This document shows, piece by piece, positions 12,603-24,595 of a stretch of DNA of 64,000 nt. Where the stretch lies: NCBI RefSeq assembly GCF_006345805.1, contig NC_043023.1:1922001-1986000 (forward strand). Direction: 5' to 3'. The notes under the pieces are model-generated. The model saw only the letters and a program-made list of their open reading frames with translations. It had not been told where the DNA came from and did no database searches. Origin of the DNA: Octopus sinensis (taxonomy: Eukaryota). Within the stretch, counting starts at the first letter, position 1. Every line of letters begins with the position of its first letter. A program made the translations under genes and the position numbers.

Positions 12603-12942
12603 TGACAACCGTCATCATCGTCCCTCCTCTTCCTCCGCATCACCATCATCATAATCATTGTCCACATCATCATCACCCCACCACCCTCCTCTTGAACATC
12701 ATCACCACATATCAATTCAAATGGCTTTCGTTTGGTTTCCATTTAAATTGTCTTTCACTATTTGTTTTGGGTTTTTTTCATATTTTTATTTTCCATTTTG
12801 TATATTGTATACATAATTTAATCTTTACATTATTACTATTATTATTATTATTACTATTACTATTATCATTATTATTACCATTATTATTATTATTATTATT
12901 ATTATTATCATCATTATTATATCATTATTATTATTATTATTA

Positions 12943-12979
<37 letters not shown>

Positions 12980-13011
12980 TATCATTATTATTACATTATT
13001 ATTATTATTAC

Positions 13012-13060
<49 letters not shown>

Positions 13061-13102
13061 TTATTACTTTATTGTTATTATTATTATTATTATTATTATT
13101 GC

Positions 13103-13141
<39 letters not shown>

Positions 13142-13340
13142 TACTATATCATATTATTACCATTATTATTATTATTACCATTATTATATTATTATTATTA
13201 TATTTTATTATTATTATTACTATTACTATTATTGTTATTATTATATTATTATTATTTTGCTATTATTATTATTATTATTTATTATTATATATTATTACTA
13301 TTACTATTATCATTATTATTACCATTATTATTATTATTAC

Positions 13341-13395
<55 letters not shown>

Positions 13396-13560
13396 GTTGT
13401 TATTATTATTATTGTTATTATTAATGTTATTATTGTTATTATTATTTTATGCTACTGCTTTGTTTTATAGAACTTATTACTACAACTATTATCATTATTA
13501 TTATTATTATTATTATTATAATTGTTGTTGTTGTTGTTGTTGTTGTTGTTATTAGTATTA
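11040..13560. repeat. Compound (CT)n, (TA/TG)n, (ATC)n and (TTA)n microsatellite block
   Basis: Directly visible. Confidence 0.93.
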
Positions 13561-13848
13561 TCTACATGTTATCTACCATTAAATTTGTTCAATTTCGGGG
13601 GAAAAATTTTTTTCATTGTGCATCTCCAGAAATTTCATTAAATTCTTGGAAAATTATTCTTCAAGAACAGAATTGCGAATCCAATTCCTCTTCGTTGTTC
13701 ATTTGTTTTCCCAAAACACAATCACCATAATGTAATACCTTCGGCTGAGGAACGGTAACCATATTCCGCCATCAACAAAGAGATTAGTGGCTATCACACA
13801 TAAGAAAATAAAATACACATACATATATAAATATATGTGTGTATATAT

Positions 13849-14049
13849 CTCTTTTACTCTTTTACTTGTTTCAGTCATTTGACTGTGGCCATGCTGGAGC
13901 ACCACCTTTAGTCGAGCAAATCGACCCCAGGACTTATTCCTTGTAAGCCTAGTACTTATTATATCGGTCTCTTTTGCCGAACTGCTAATTTACGGGGACG
14001 CAAATACACCAGCATCAGTTGTCAAGCAATGATGGGGTGACAAACACAG

Positions 14050-14109
<60 letters not shown>

Positions 14110-14266
14110 CAGGCTTTCAGTTTCCGTCTACCAAATCTACTCACAAGGCTTTGGTCGGCCCGAGGCTATAGTAGAAGACACTTGCCCAAGGTGCCATGCA
14201 GTGGGACTGAACCTGGAACCATATGGTTGGTAAGCAAGCTACTTACCACACAGCCACTCCTGCATC

Positions 14267-14267
<1 letters not shown>
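13849..14267 (-). mobile_element. SINE family A, full length
   Basis: Family A head, CORE-like segment and tail. Confidence 0.9.
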
Positions 14268-14298
<31 letters not shown>

Positions 14299-14317
14299 TC
14301 ATCATCATCATATATAT

Positions 14318-14617
14318 GGAGGCATAATGGCCCAGTGGTTAGGGCAGCAGACTCGCGGTTGTAGGATCGCGGTTTCGATTCCCAGACTAGCATTGTGAGT
14401 GAAAACACCTAAAGCACCACAAGGTTCCAGCAAGGGTGTGGTGCTGATCCCTGCTGTACCCTTTCGCCACAACTTTCTCTCACTCTTTCCTCTGTTGGCC
14501 TGCTTGCTTAGCCAGCGGGGTGGTGTCATTTGAAGGCTAAAACAATGCGAAGCGCATTGTGACCAGCGATGTGTAGCAAGATCTGATAGCCTGATCGGTC
14601 ACGGTGATCATGGTGAT
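14318..14617 (+). mobile_element. SINE family D
   Basis: Matches 2584-2868, including the CAATGCGAAGCGCATTG hairpin. Confidence 0.85.
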
Positions 14618-14619
14618 AT

Positions 14620-15122
14620 ATCATCATCATCATTTAAAATCTGTTTTCCATGCTGGCATGGGTTGAATGGTTTGACAGGAGCTGGCCAGGTTCCATGTCT
14701 GTTTTTGGAATGGTTTCTATAGCTTTATGCTCTTCCTAACACCTACCATTTTACAGTGTGTGCAGGGTGCTTTTTATACGATACCCATATGGGTGTGTTT
14801 TACATGTCACCTGCAGTCGCAAGCCCACAAGATTAGGAATGTACAGCTAGAGACAGATGTAAGGGAAGAGCCTGGATGCAAGGACGACCATGATTCTATT
14901 TAGCTTGATGTGTCTTCCCAAACACAGCAAACCACCAGGAGTCTCAATCCCCTGTCATCCACTCTGTGAGGCCCAATGTCTGAAGATCCTTTCTCACCAT
15001 TTCAGCCCACATCTTCCTTGATCTATTCTTCCACTGGTTCCCTCCACAATTACTGATTGGTATCCCTTGATGCAACTGTCCTCCTTCATACGCATTACAT
15101 GACTGTACTCATGCAGTCTTCT
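14620..15122 (-). mobile_element. RTE-clade LINE 3' end (ORF C-terminus + 3' UTR), decayed
   Basis: Minus-strand translation RLHEYSHVMRMKEDSCIKGYQSVIVEGTSGR..RSRKMWAEMVRKDLQTLGLTEWMTGD resembles the RTE RLRWYGHV..GRPRKTW C-terminus. It is followed by the family-C-type tail and (GAT)n. Confidence 0.85.
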
Positions 15123-15128
15123 CTTATA

Positions 15129-15513
15129 CTCTTTTACTTGTTTCAGTCATTTGACTGTGGCCATGCTGGAGCACTGCCTTTAGTCGAGCAAATTGACCAA
15201 AGGACTTATTCTTTGTAAGCCTAGTACTTATTCTATCAGTCTCTCTTGCCAAACCCCTAAGTTACGGGGACATAAACACACCAGCATCGGTTGTCAAGCG
15301 ATGTTGGGGGAACAAACATATAAACACACACACACACACACATATATATATGATGGGCTTCTTTCAGTTTCCGCCTACCAAATCCACTCACAAGGCTTTG
15401 GTTGGCCTGAGGCTACAGTAGAAGACACTTGCACAAGCTGCCACGCAGTGGGGCTGAACCTGGAACCATGTGGTTGGTAAGCAAGCTACTTACCACACAG
15501 CCACTCCTATGCC
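15129..15513 (-). mobile_element. SINE family A, full length
   Basis: Family A motifs. Confidence 0.9.
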
Positions 15514-16117
15514 CATGAATACTTTAAATGTTGTGGCCCATAAATATTGTTACATATGTATTGTAATTCTATGTCTGAGCTCTCTTGTCTCAGAAAGAAT
15601 AAATATTTGCATAACTGAAGCAACAGAAAAAAAAAAGACAAGATGCCCGACTTGGTGGTACTTGTGCTTGAAACCCTGTGCAGAAAATTTACACGTGCAA
15701 ACAATTTTTATATCAAAAAGAAACCTGAAGTGGTATGGCTGTTATACATGCTTTCATATCCAACACTATTGTTTAATTCATGCTGTATGGTGTCTTTGGT
15801 AAAATGTGACTGACGCAACAGGTAGACGTAACTGATGCAAACATTTCTACTTAGAAATATGTACCTGACGTAACACTGAAACTCAGATACTAATTAGAAA
15901 TCCACATTTTTATTTTAATCAATCAGAAACATGAGGAATTGATCAAAAGGTAAAAACACACGCTATGCATTCAAAATGTGTGCTGCACTTGAACACAAAG
16001 TTCTAAATAATGTTTCTTGAAGCTTATTGCAACACATACATAATATCTTGGATAATTCAATCTGGACATTTTACCTGCATTGCAGGTAACTGCGAGAGAA
16101 CTATAAGACAACATGTT

Positions 16118-16718
16118 AAGGCGGCGAACTGGCAAAAGCGTTAACACACCGTGCAAAATGCTTAGCGGTATTTCGTCTGCTGTTACGTTCTGAGTTCAAA
16201 TGCCGCCAAGGTCAACTTTGCCTTTCGTCCTTTCGGGGTCGATAAATTAAGTACCAGTTACGCACTGAGGTCGATGTAATTGACTAAATCCGTTTGTCTG
16301 TCCTTGTTTGTCCCTTCTATGTTTAGCCCCTTGTGGGTAATAAAGAAATAAGTATTTCGTCTGCCGCAATGTTCTGAGTTCAAATTCCGCCGAGGTTGAC
16401 TTTGCCTTTCATCCTTTCGGGGTCGATAAATTAAGTACCAGTTATGCACTGGGGTCGATGTTATCGACTTAATCCGTTTGTCTGTCCTTGTTTGTCCCCT
16501 CTGTGTGTAGCCCCTTGTGGGTAATAAAGAAATAAGTATTTCGTCTGCCGCTACGTTCTGAGTTCAAATTCCGCCGAGGTCAACTTTGCCCTTCATCCTT
16601 TCGGGGTCGATTAAATAAGTACCAGTTTCACACTGGGGTTGATGTAATCGACTTAATCCCTTTGTCTGTCCTTGTTTGTCCCCTCTGTGTGTAGCCCCTT
16701 GTGGGCAATAAGGAAATA
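16118..16718 (+). mobile_element. Nin-type SINE B with one head and three tandem body/tail units
   Basis: Head AAGGCGGCGAACTGGC at 16118. The tail CCCCTTGTGGG(T/C)AATAA appears three times. Confidence 0.88.
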
Positions 16719-16803
16719 TATAATACATGTCACTGATCATAATGTGGCTGAAATTTCTATGGACAGTGCAGAAGCAGGTACATGTAGCTGAAAATATAAA
16801 GCA

Positions 16804-17170
16804 CTCTTTTACTCTTTTACTTATTTCAGTCATTTAGTGGAGGAAATCGAACTCAGGACTTATTCTTTGGAAACCTAGTACTTATTCTATCAGTCTCTTT
16901 TGCCAAACTGCTAAATTACAGGAACATAAACACACAAACAACGGTTGTCAAGCAATGCTGGGGGGGGGGGGACAAACACAGACACACATGCATATATATT
17001 TATATACATATATACGACGGGCTTCTTTCAGTTTCCGTCTACCAAATCCACTTGTAATATTTTGGTCAACCCGAAGCTATAGTAGAAGACACTTGCCCAA
17101 GGTGCCACGCAGTGGGACTGAACACGGAACCATGTGGTTCATTAGCAAGCTACTTAGCACACAGCCACTC
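16804..17170 (-). mobile_element. SINE family A (followed by rearranged A fragments to ~17400)
   Basis: Family A motifs. Confidence 0.85.
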
Positions 17171-17409
17171 CAACACCTATATATATATACGACGAGCTTC
17201 TTTCAGTTTCCGTCTACCAAATTCACTCACAATGCTGGTGTGTTTACGTCCCTGTAACCTAGCAGTTTGGCAAAAGAGACTAATAGAATAAGTACTAGGC
17301 TTACAAAGAATAAGTCCTGGGGTCGATTTGCTTGACAAAAGGTGGTGCTCCAGCATGGCCACAGTCAAATGACTGAAACAGGTAAAAGAGTAAAGAATAA
17401 AGAGTATTC

Positions 17410-18408
17410 AAAATTGACTGATTGGTTTGTTGACTAGTAGAGAAGAATTTTGTTCTTTCCGTTGATATCAGTTTCTTTGAAGGAGCAACATGATCTAGAA
17501 CCGAATTCTTTAGGTCACCGTAAGTCATTTCCATAATATTCTTCAGGATATCAATATCTCAGATAATTTTCAGTGTTTGTATTTCTACCAAAGAAATGAA
17601 TCTCATAGCCATAGGGCTTTGGTCAGGATCCTGTAGGTTATCCTTTATTTCGTCCATGTAAGTTTTTGTTTTAAATGCCATGAGCAAGGTTGAGACGTCT
17701 TCGATCGACTGTAAATTTATGTCACCAAAAGATTTTCCTTGCTCCATTGGTGACATCATTGTTGAGTTTTGTTATTTGCTTATTAAATAAGCAAGCAGGA
17801 ACAAGGATCAAAGAGCCGTAAATCGTGAATTTCTATCTTGTAGTGGAAGCACAACCAACAGCAGAATGTATTAGAGGGGGTAACAACTGTGGTGTATGCG
17901 GGAGATTTGAAATAAGGACACCTACCTTCTCTTCGTCGACGCAGACCTCCCCAGTGGTAATGCACCCTTCCATGTGGCCCGACCCGAATGCTAGAAATAG
18001 CAGCTGCTTTTCCCTTACCTTGACAAAGCGCTTACACGTCCAACTCTCTCGGCTGCCCTGATCGAAAAGGCCCAATTCTCTCCTGCTCCTTCCTCTTCCG
18101 GTCAGCCCCAAGTTCAAGTCAGCTCCCCAGCTGCTGACATCATCCCACAACTGTGGTGTATGCGGGCGATTTGAAAATAAGGACACCTATCTTCTCTTCG
18201 TTGATGCAGACCTCCCCAGTGGTAATGCACCCTTCCACGTGGCCTGACCCGAATGCTAGAAATAGCAGCTGCTTTTCCCCTATCTTGGCTACCCCGATCG
18301 AAAAGGCACAATGCTCCCCTGCCTGTACGCGTGTCACTCCTGCCCTTCCTCTTCCGGTCAGCCCCAAGTTCCGGTCAGCTCCCCAGCTACTGATGTCATC
18401 CCACAACA
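17410..18408 (-). mobile_element. Gypsy-like LTR retrotransposon 5' remnant: two tandem LTRs + PBS-like site + gag fragment
   Basis: Direct repeats 18152-18408 and 17888-18151 read TGTTGTGGG...CACCACA on the minus strand. The gag-like frame (one in-frame stop) reads FISLVEIQTLKII*DIDILKNIMEMTYGDLKNSVLDHVAPSKKLISTERTKFFSTSQQTNQSI, resembling the Gypsy gag TYxEL..H..PK..IAERxKF..xQ..QSI motif. Confidence 0.75.
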
Positions 18409-18749
18409 ACATCAATCGTTATACTGTAGAGATGGAATCAATTGTGTGTCCCCGTATATTTTGATTGCAATATACATAAAAAGAAAATTGCCAAGTTCAC
18501 ATAAAACTCGTGCATGCCATGTGACTGGCAGTTTTTAATTATTAAAACAAATGTACAACATTTGTTTATATTGATTAGGGGTTCAATACAAGATAGTTTT
18601 GTAAGTCAATAGGGTGTCCTGTCTGTGTTAGCAGTAATATTGAATCACTTTCCAAAGGTATCTCTGCAGAGTTTCCATAGATATTAAAGATGGCACTGAA
18701 TATGAATATGTGTATGCTTTGTTTGTGGGTAGAGGGGTGGACAGAGAGA

Positions 18750-19017
18750 AAGAGAGACAAGCAGAGGAATAGATAAAGAAATAGATAGACAGACAGACAG
18801 ATAGAGAGATTGATAGATAGACAGAAAGACAGGCAGACGGATGGATGAATGGATGGATGGGTGGATGGGTAGGAGGATAGATTTGCAGATAGATAGATAG
18901 AAAGACAGGTAGATGAATAGTCCGACAGACAGACAAACATAGATGAATAGATAGAAAGATAGGGAGAAAGAGAGAGAGAGAGAGAGAGATAGACAAGATA
19001 GATAGATAGATAGACAA

Positions 19018-19058
<41 letters not shown>

Positions 19059-19068
19059 CAGATAGATG

Positions 19069-19122
<54 letters not shown>

Positions 19123-19228
19123 CAGACATAGATAGATAGATAGATAGATAGATAGACATAGATAGATAGACAGATACATATATGGACAAACAGACAGACA
19201 GACAGATGGACACATAGAGACATAGATA
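18750..19228. repeat. (GATA/GACA)n microsatellite
   Basis: Directly visible. Confidence 0.97.
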
Positions 19229-19230
19229 AC

Positions 19231-19672
19231 TTTCTTTATTGGCCACCCAGGGCTGAACACAGAGGGGACAAATACAAATGTAGAGCCTTTCTTTTCGAAA
19301 ATGAAAAAGAAAAAGGAAAAAAAGGTAACAAATGTAAAATTCTGATCAAAAGGGATCGTGTATCACAGAAGAAATTTTTAAAAAGTAAGAAGCAAGATTA
19401 GGAAAGAAAAGCCTATGGAAAAGACCACAGTAACCTCAGGTAGGGAGGGAATAAACACGTGAGAGCAAAGTGCTCTCTCTCTCTCTTTTTATGATTTACA
19501 GGATCATGATCAAAGTGGTTTTGTCACTCGCACGCACCATCTTTGCTACATTCACCCACCTTTTTGTGAAACTTTCACGAGACAAAACCTGCCTCTCCAT
19601 TCTCACCTTCCTTTTCAAGTGGTACATGAAAAAGTTGATGAGTGATTGGCCAGAGAGGTAAGTGTTTGTCGC
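19231..19672 (-). mobile_element. L1/Tx1-like LINE 3' end (ORF2 C-terminus + 3' UTR)
   Basis: Minus frame LSGQSLINFFMYHLKRKVRMERQVLSRESFTKRWVNVAKMVRASDKTTLIMIL* (stop 19496-19498) resembles the Tx1-type LK.R.R.ER..L....F..RW end. The 3' UTR ends CCCTGGGTGGCCAATAAAGAAA. Confidence 0.7.
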
Positions 19673-19744
19673 AGATAGATAGAAAGACAGATAGATGAAT
19701 GATCAGACAGACAGACAGACAAATAGATAGATAGATAGATAGAT

Positions 19745-19797
<53 letters not shown>

Positions 19798-19844
19798 TAG
19801 AGAGACAGACAGACAGAGAGACAGACAGATAGATAAACAGACTC

Positions 19845-20320
19845 TGCTAGTGAAGACCTGTTGAGGCAAGTGAAATAGAAATCTAAATCAAATTTGATGA
19901 CTGGCATCCGTGCTAGTGGAGCGCTAAGAGTACCATAAGAGTGAGATCGTGGCCAGAGCAACAAACTGGCCTCCGTGCCAGTGACACATTAAAAACACCA
20001 TTTGAGCGTGATTATTACCTGTGTCGCCTTACCAGCACTTGTGCTGGCGGCACCTGAGAAAAAACATTCGAGCGAGGTCGCTGCCAGTGCCACTGGACTG
20101 GCTCCTGTGCAGGTGGCACATAAAAGCACCATTTGAACGTGGCCATTGCCAGTACCGCCTGACTGGCCCTCTCAGAGTGGTTGGCATTAGGAAGGGCATC
20201 CAGTTGTAGAAGCCATGCCAGATCTGATTGGAGCCTGGTGCAGCCATCTGGTTCGCCAGCCCTCAGTCAAATTGTCCAACTCATGCTAGCATGGAAAGCG
20301 GACGTTAAACGATGATGATG
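19845..20320 (+). mobile_element. RTE 3'-UTR-derived element (family C)
   Basis: Colinear with 3670-4192 and starts at the same ACTCTGCT(T/A)GTGAAGACC motif. Confidence 0.85.
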
Positions 20321-20543
20321 ACATATATATAGTTAAATGGATAGATAGGTAGATGGATGGATGGATGGATAGATAGAGAGATCAGTAGATTGATAGATAG
20401 ATAATTGACAGATAGATTAACAGACAGATATATAGATAAACAGACAATCAGAGGGAGAGAAACAGAGACAGAGAGGATGATCAATCAATCAATCAAGACG
20501 GAGATGGATGAATGGATGGATGGATGGACAGAGAGATAGATAC

Positions 20544-20587
<44 letters not shown>

Positions 20588-20625
20588 CGAGAGAGATAAA
20601 GATGGATAGACAGACAGACAGATAG

Positions 20626-20680
<55 letters not shown>

Positions 20681-20884
20681 ACTGAAGGTACAACTTATTA
20701 CTCACAAAAATGGTTGATAAAGAAATTGAAAAAAATGATGTAATAAAGATCTCTGACAATTTCTATTCGGAAGCTGGATTAGAAAGTGAAGAATTCCAAA
20801 TATACAAAACAAAGTACTTCTATGTGTATTAGCTTTGATCTGGCACATAACCAAATATGGTTCAGAATCGATGTTAGAATATAC

Positions 20885-21410
20885 TATGCTTGAACAAAAG
20901 TTGGGATGGTCACAATTAGGCCGTCTTTGATCATAGACTTGTCTGGATTAGGATTGTCTTACAGCTAATCAACAACTAGAGCAATTAATATTAACTGCTA
21001 TATTATACATTAAGTGATGTAGTCCTAGATACACTATGTCAGAATAAAAGATGGGATGGTCACAGCTGGAACATCTTTGATCATAGGTTGACTGGATTAG
21101 GACTGGCCTGGGGCTAAACAACAACAATAACAACAACCATAACCAGTAATACAGACTACAATACTATACATTGGATAATGTAGTCCTAGATACACTATGT
21201 CAGAATAAAAGATGGGATGGTCACAGCTGGAGCAGCTTCGATCATAGGTCTTCTGGATTAGGGCTGACCTGGGGCTAAACAATGACTATAGCCATTGATA
21301 TTAACTACTATATTACACATTACATAATGTAGTCCTAGATACGTTATATCTGAATAAATGATAGGGTGGTCATCGCTGGAACATCTCTGATCATAGGTCT
21401 GCTGGTTTAG
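20885..21410 (+). repeat. Tandem ~145-bp satellite-like repeat family
   Basis: Unit GATACACTATG..GAATAAAAGATGGGATGGTC..GCTGGAACATCTTTGATCATAGG..GACCTGGGGCTAAACAAC. Also found at 33.0, 35.7 and 60.0 kb. Confidence 0.8.
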
Positions 21411-21509
21411 AGCTAAATGAAAGTTAAACCAAAAATCAGCCTGGATGTCTTAAAGGGAACCGAAGGCAAAAGACAATAAAGAAATACGCCAGAAGAGAAT
21501 ATATCTATC

Positions 21510-21728
21510 TATTAGATATATCTATCTATTTATCTATTCATCCATCCCTCTATCTGTCCATCCATCCATCCATCCATCCATGTATGTATGTATGTATGTA
21601 TCTATATATTTATCTGTCTGTCTATCTCTCTATTTATCTGTCTGTCTATCTATCTGTCCATCCAGGCATCCATCCATTTGTCCATCTGTCCATTCACCCA
21701 ACTATTTGTCCATCTATCCATCCATCTC

Positions 21729-21803
<75 letters not shown>

Positions 21804-21854
21804 GTCTATCCATCCATCCATCTGTCTGTCTGTCTGCCGACTATCTGTCTACCC

Positions 21855-21926
<72 letters not shown>

Positions 21927-22015
21927 GTCCATCCATCCATCTGTCTGTCTGTCTGCCCAACCATCTGTCTACCCATCTATCTATCTATCTATCTACCCAT
22001 CTATCTGTCTGTTTG

Positions 22016-22068
<53 letters not shown>

Positions 22069-23259
22069 ATCTATCTATATCTATCTATCTTTATATCTAT
22101 CTATCTATCTATTTATCTATCTATTTTTCAATTCATCTTTGTCAGTCAGTCAGTCTATATATCTATAAATCTATGTATCTCTCTCACTAACCTATCTCTC
22201 TATCCATCTATTTTTCAACTTACCTATCAGACTGTGCATTAACCAGTCTATCTGCCTATCTACCTATCTACCTATCCATCTATCGATCTATCTGCCTTCT
22301 CATTTACACACCAGTCTATCCACATCTATCTATCCATCTCCCTGATACCATTTGTCTCTCTCGCTAAGCAACTAAGCATCTGTTGATCTTTTGTCATGTC
22401 TCTCAATCCAGCCATCCACACACTAATCTATCTCACATCCTAGGCGTCTATCTATTTCTTTCTCTCACCATATATATATGTGTGTGTGTGTATATATATT
22501 CATGTATGTATATATCTTACTGTCCATCTCATAATTCATCTATAGATCTATCTGTCTGTCCCTTGTATTCACCTGCTTGCTTCTCTCTCTCTCTCTCTCT
22601 TTCTCTCTCACTCTCACTTTCTCTTTCTCTCTCTTTCTCTCTTTCTCTTTATCTCTCTCTCTCTTTCTCTCTCTATCTCTCTCTTTCTCTCTCTCTCTCT
22701 TTCTCTATTTCTCTCTTTCGCTCTCCCTCTTCATCTATCTCTCTCACTCTATCTCTCTCTTTCTTTCTTTCTCTCTCTCTCTTTCTTTCTCTTTCTCTCT
22801 ATCTCTCTATCTCTCTATCTCTCTCTTTCTCTCTCTATCTCTCTCTTTCTCTTTCTCTCTCTCTTTCTCTTTCTCTCTCTCTCTCTTTCTCTCTATCTAT
22901 CTCTCTATCTCTCTCTTTCTCTCTTCTCTCTATCTCTCTCTCTTTCTCTCTCTCTTTCTCACTCTCTCTTTCTCTCTATCTCTCCCTCTCTTCCTCCCCC
23001 CCTCTCTCTCTCTTTCTTTCTCCAATTACAGCCGTGATATTACCATTTACAGGAGTTGCCAATAAAGATGTTAAAGAAATCCGTCAATGTTTTTAGAAAC
23101 CAATTCCATTCCCGGTCCTCTGTTATCTTTAAATTAAACGCTGTTTATATTTGACCCGATGTCTGTCTGTGGACAACTGGCCACGTGTGCAGCTTTAGAG
23201 AAGCTCTGAGAATGTGTGTGTGGATGTGCATCTGTACGTGTATGTATGCGTGTGTATAC

Positions 23260-23290
<31 letters not shown>

Positions 23291-23847
23291 CACATATCCA
23301 TATACATATATACACAAATATATATATACACATATACATATATACACAAATATATATATATATTATATATATATATACACATATCCATATACATATATAC
23401 ACAAATATATATATACACATATACATATATACAACAAATATATAATATATAATATATAGACACATATCATAACATATATACACAAATTATATATATACCA
23501 TATACATATATACACAAAATATATATATCTATATAAATATATACACATTCCATACAGATAACACACATATATACACGCTACTATATACACAATATGATAT
23601 ATTATATATATATTAACACATATCCATATTCATATACACAAATGTTATATAACATATATACAATATTACACAAATGTATATATATATATATATATATCTA
23701 TACACAATCCATATACATATATACACAAATATATATAACCATATACTATATACACAAATATATATATATATTATATATATCATATACACATATCCATATA
23801 CATCTATACACAATATATATATACACATATACATATATACACCAATA

Positions 23848-23878
<31 letters not shown>

Positions 23879-24340
23879 ATAAAACATATATACACACATA
23901 TTTGCAGATATTATAAATCTAAAATATACACATATTACATACACATGCATATATATACACCTATATATATATACACATATACATCATACTCATATACATA
24001 TACACATGCATACATATATCTATACACATATACATATATATCACACACCACACATATATATATACACCTATACATATATACACAAATATATATATATTAT
24101 ATATATATCTACAATATCCATATACATATATAACACAAATATATAGAACACATCAACATATATACACAAATATATATATAGATATATATATATATATACA
24201 CATATCCATCTACTATATACACAAATATATATATAACGCATACATATATACACAAATATAATATCTATATATATATATATATATATACACATATCCATAT
24301 ACATATATACAAATATATATATACACATATACATATATAC

Positions 24341-24383
<43 letters not shown>

Positions 24384-24594
24384 TAAAACATATATACACA
24401 CATATTTGCAGATATATATAATATATACACATATACATACACATGCATATATATACACCTATATATATATACACATATACATACATACTCATATACATAT
24501 ATACACATGCATACATATATCTATACACATATACATATATATATGCACACACATATATATACACATAAACATATATATACACATAAATATATAT
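21510..24594. repeat. (TCTA)n, (CT)n and (TA/CA)n microsatellite block with short unique islands
   Basis: Directly visible. Confidence 0.93.
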
Positions 24595-24595
24595 A

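Noticed and set aside
13560-13800. Strong-looking acceptor TTTTTTCATTGTGCATCTCCAG with short open frames
   Set aside because: There is no convincing donor and the peptides are unrecognisable.
17833-18464. Overlapping ORFs of 65-117 aa at 17.8-18.5 kb
   Set aside because: They fall within the duplicated LTRs, which are GC-rich and open in several frames, with no domain similarity recognised.
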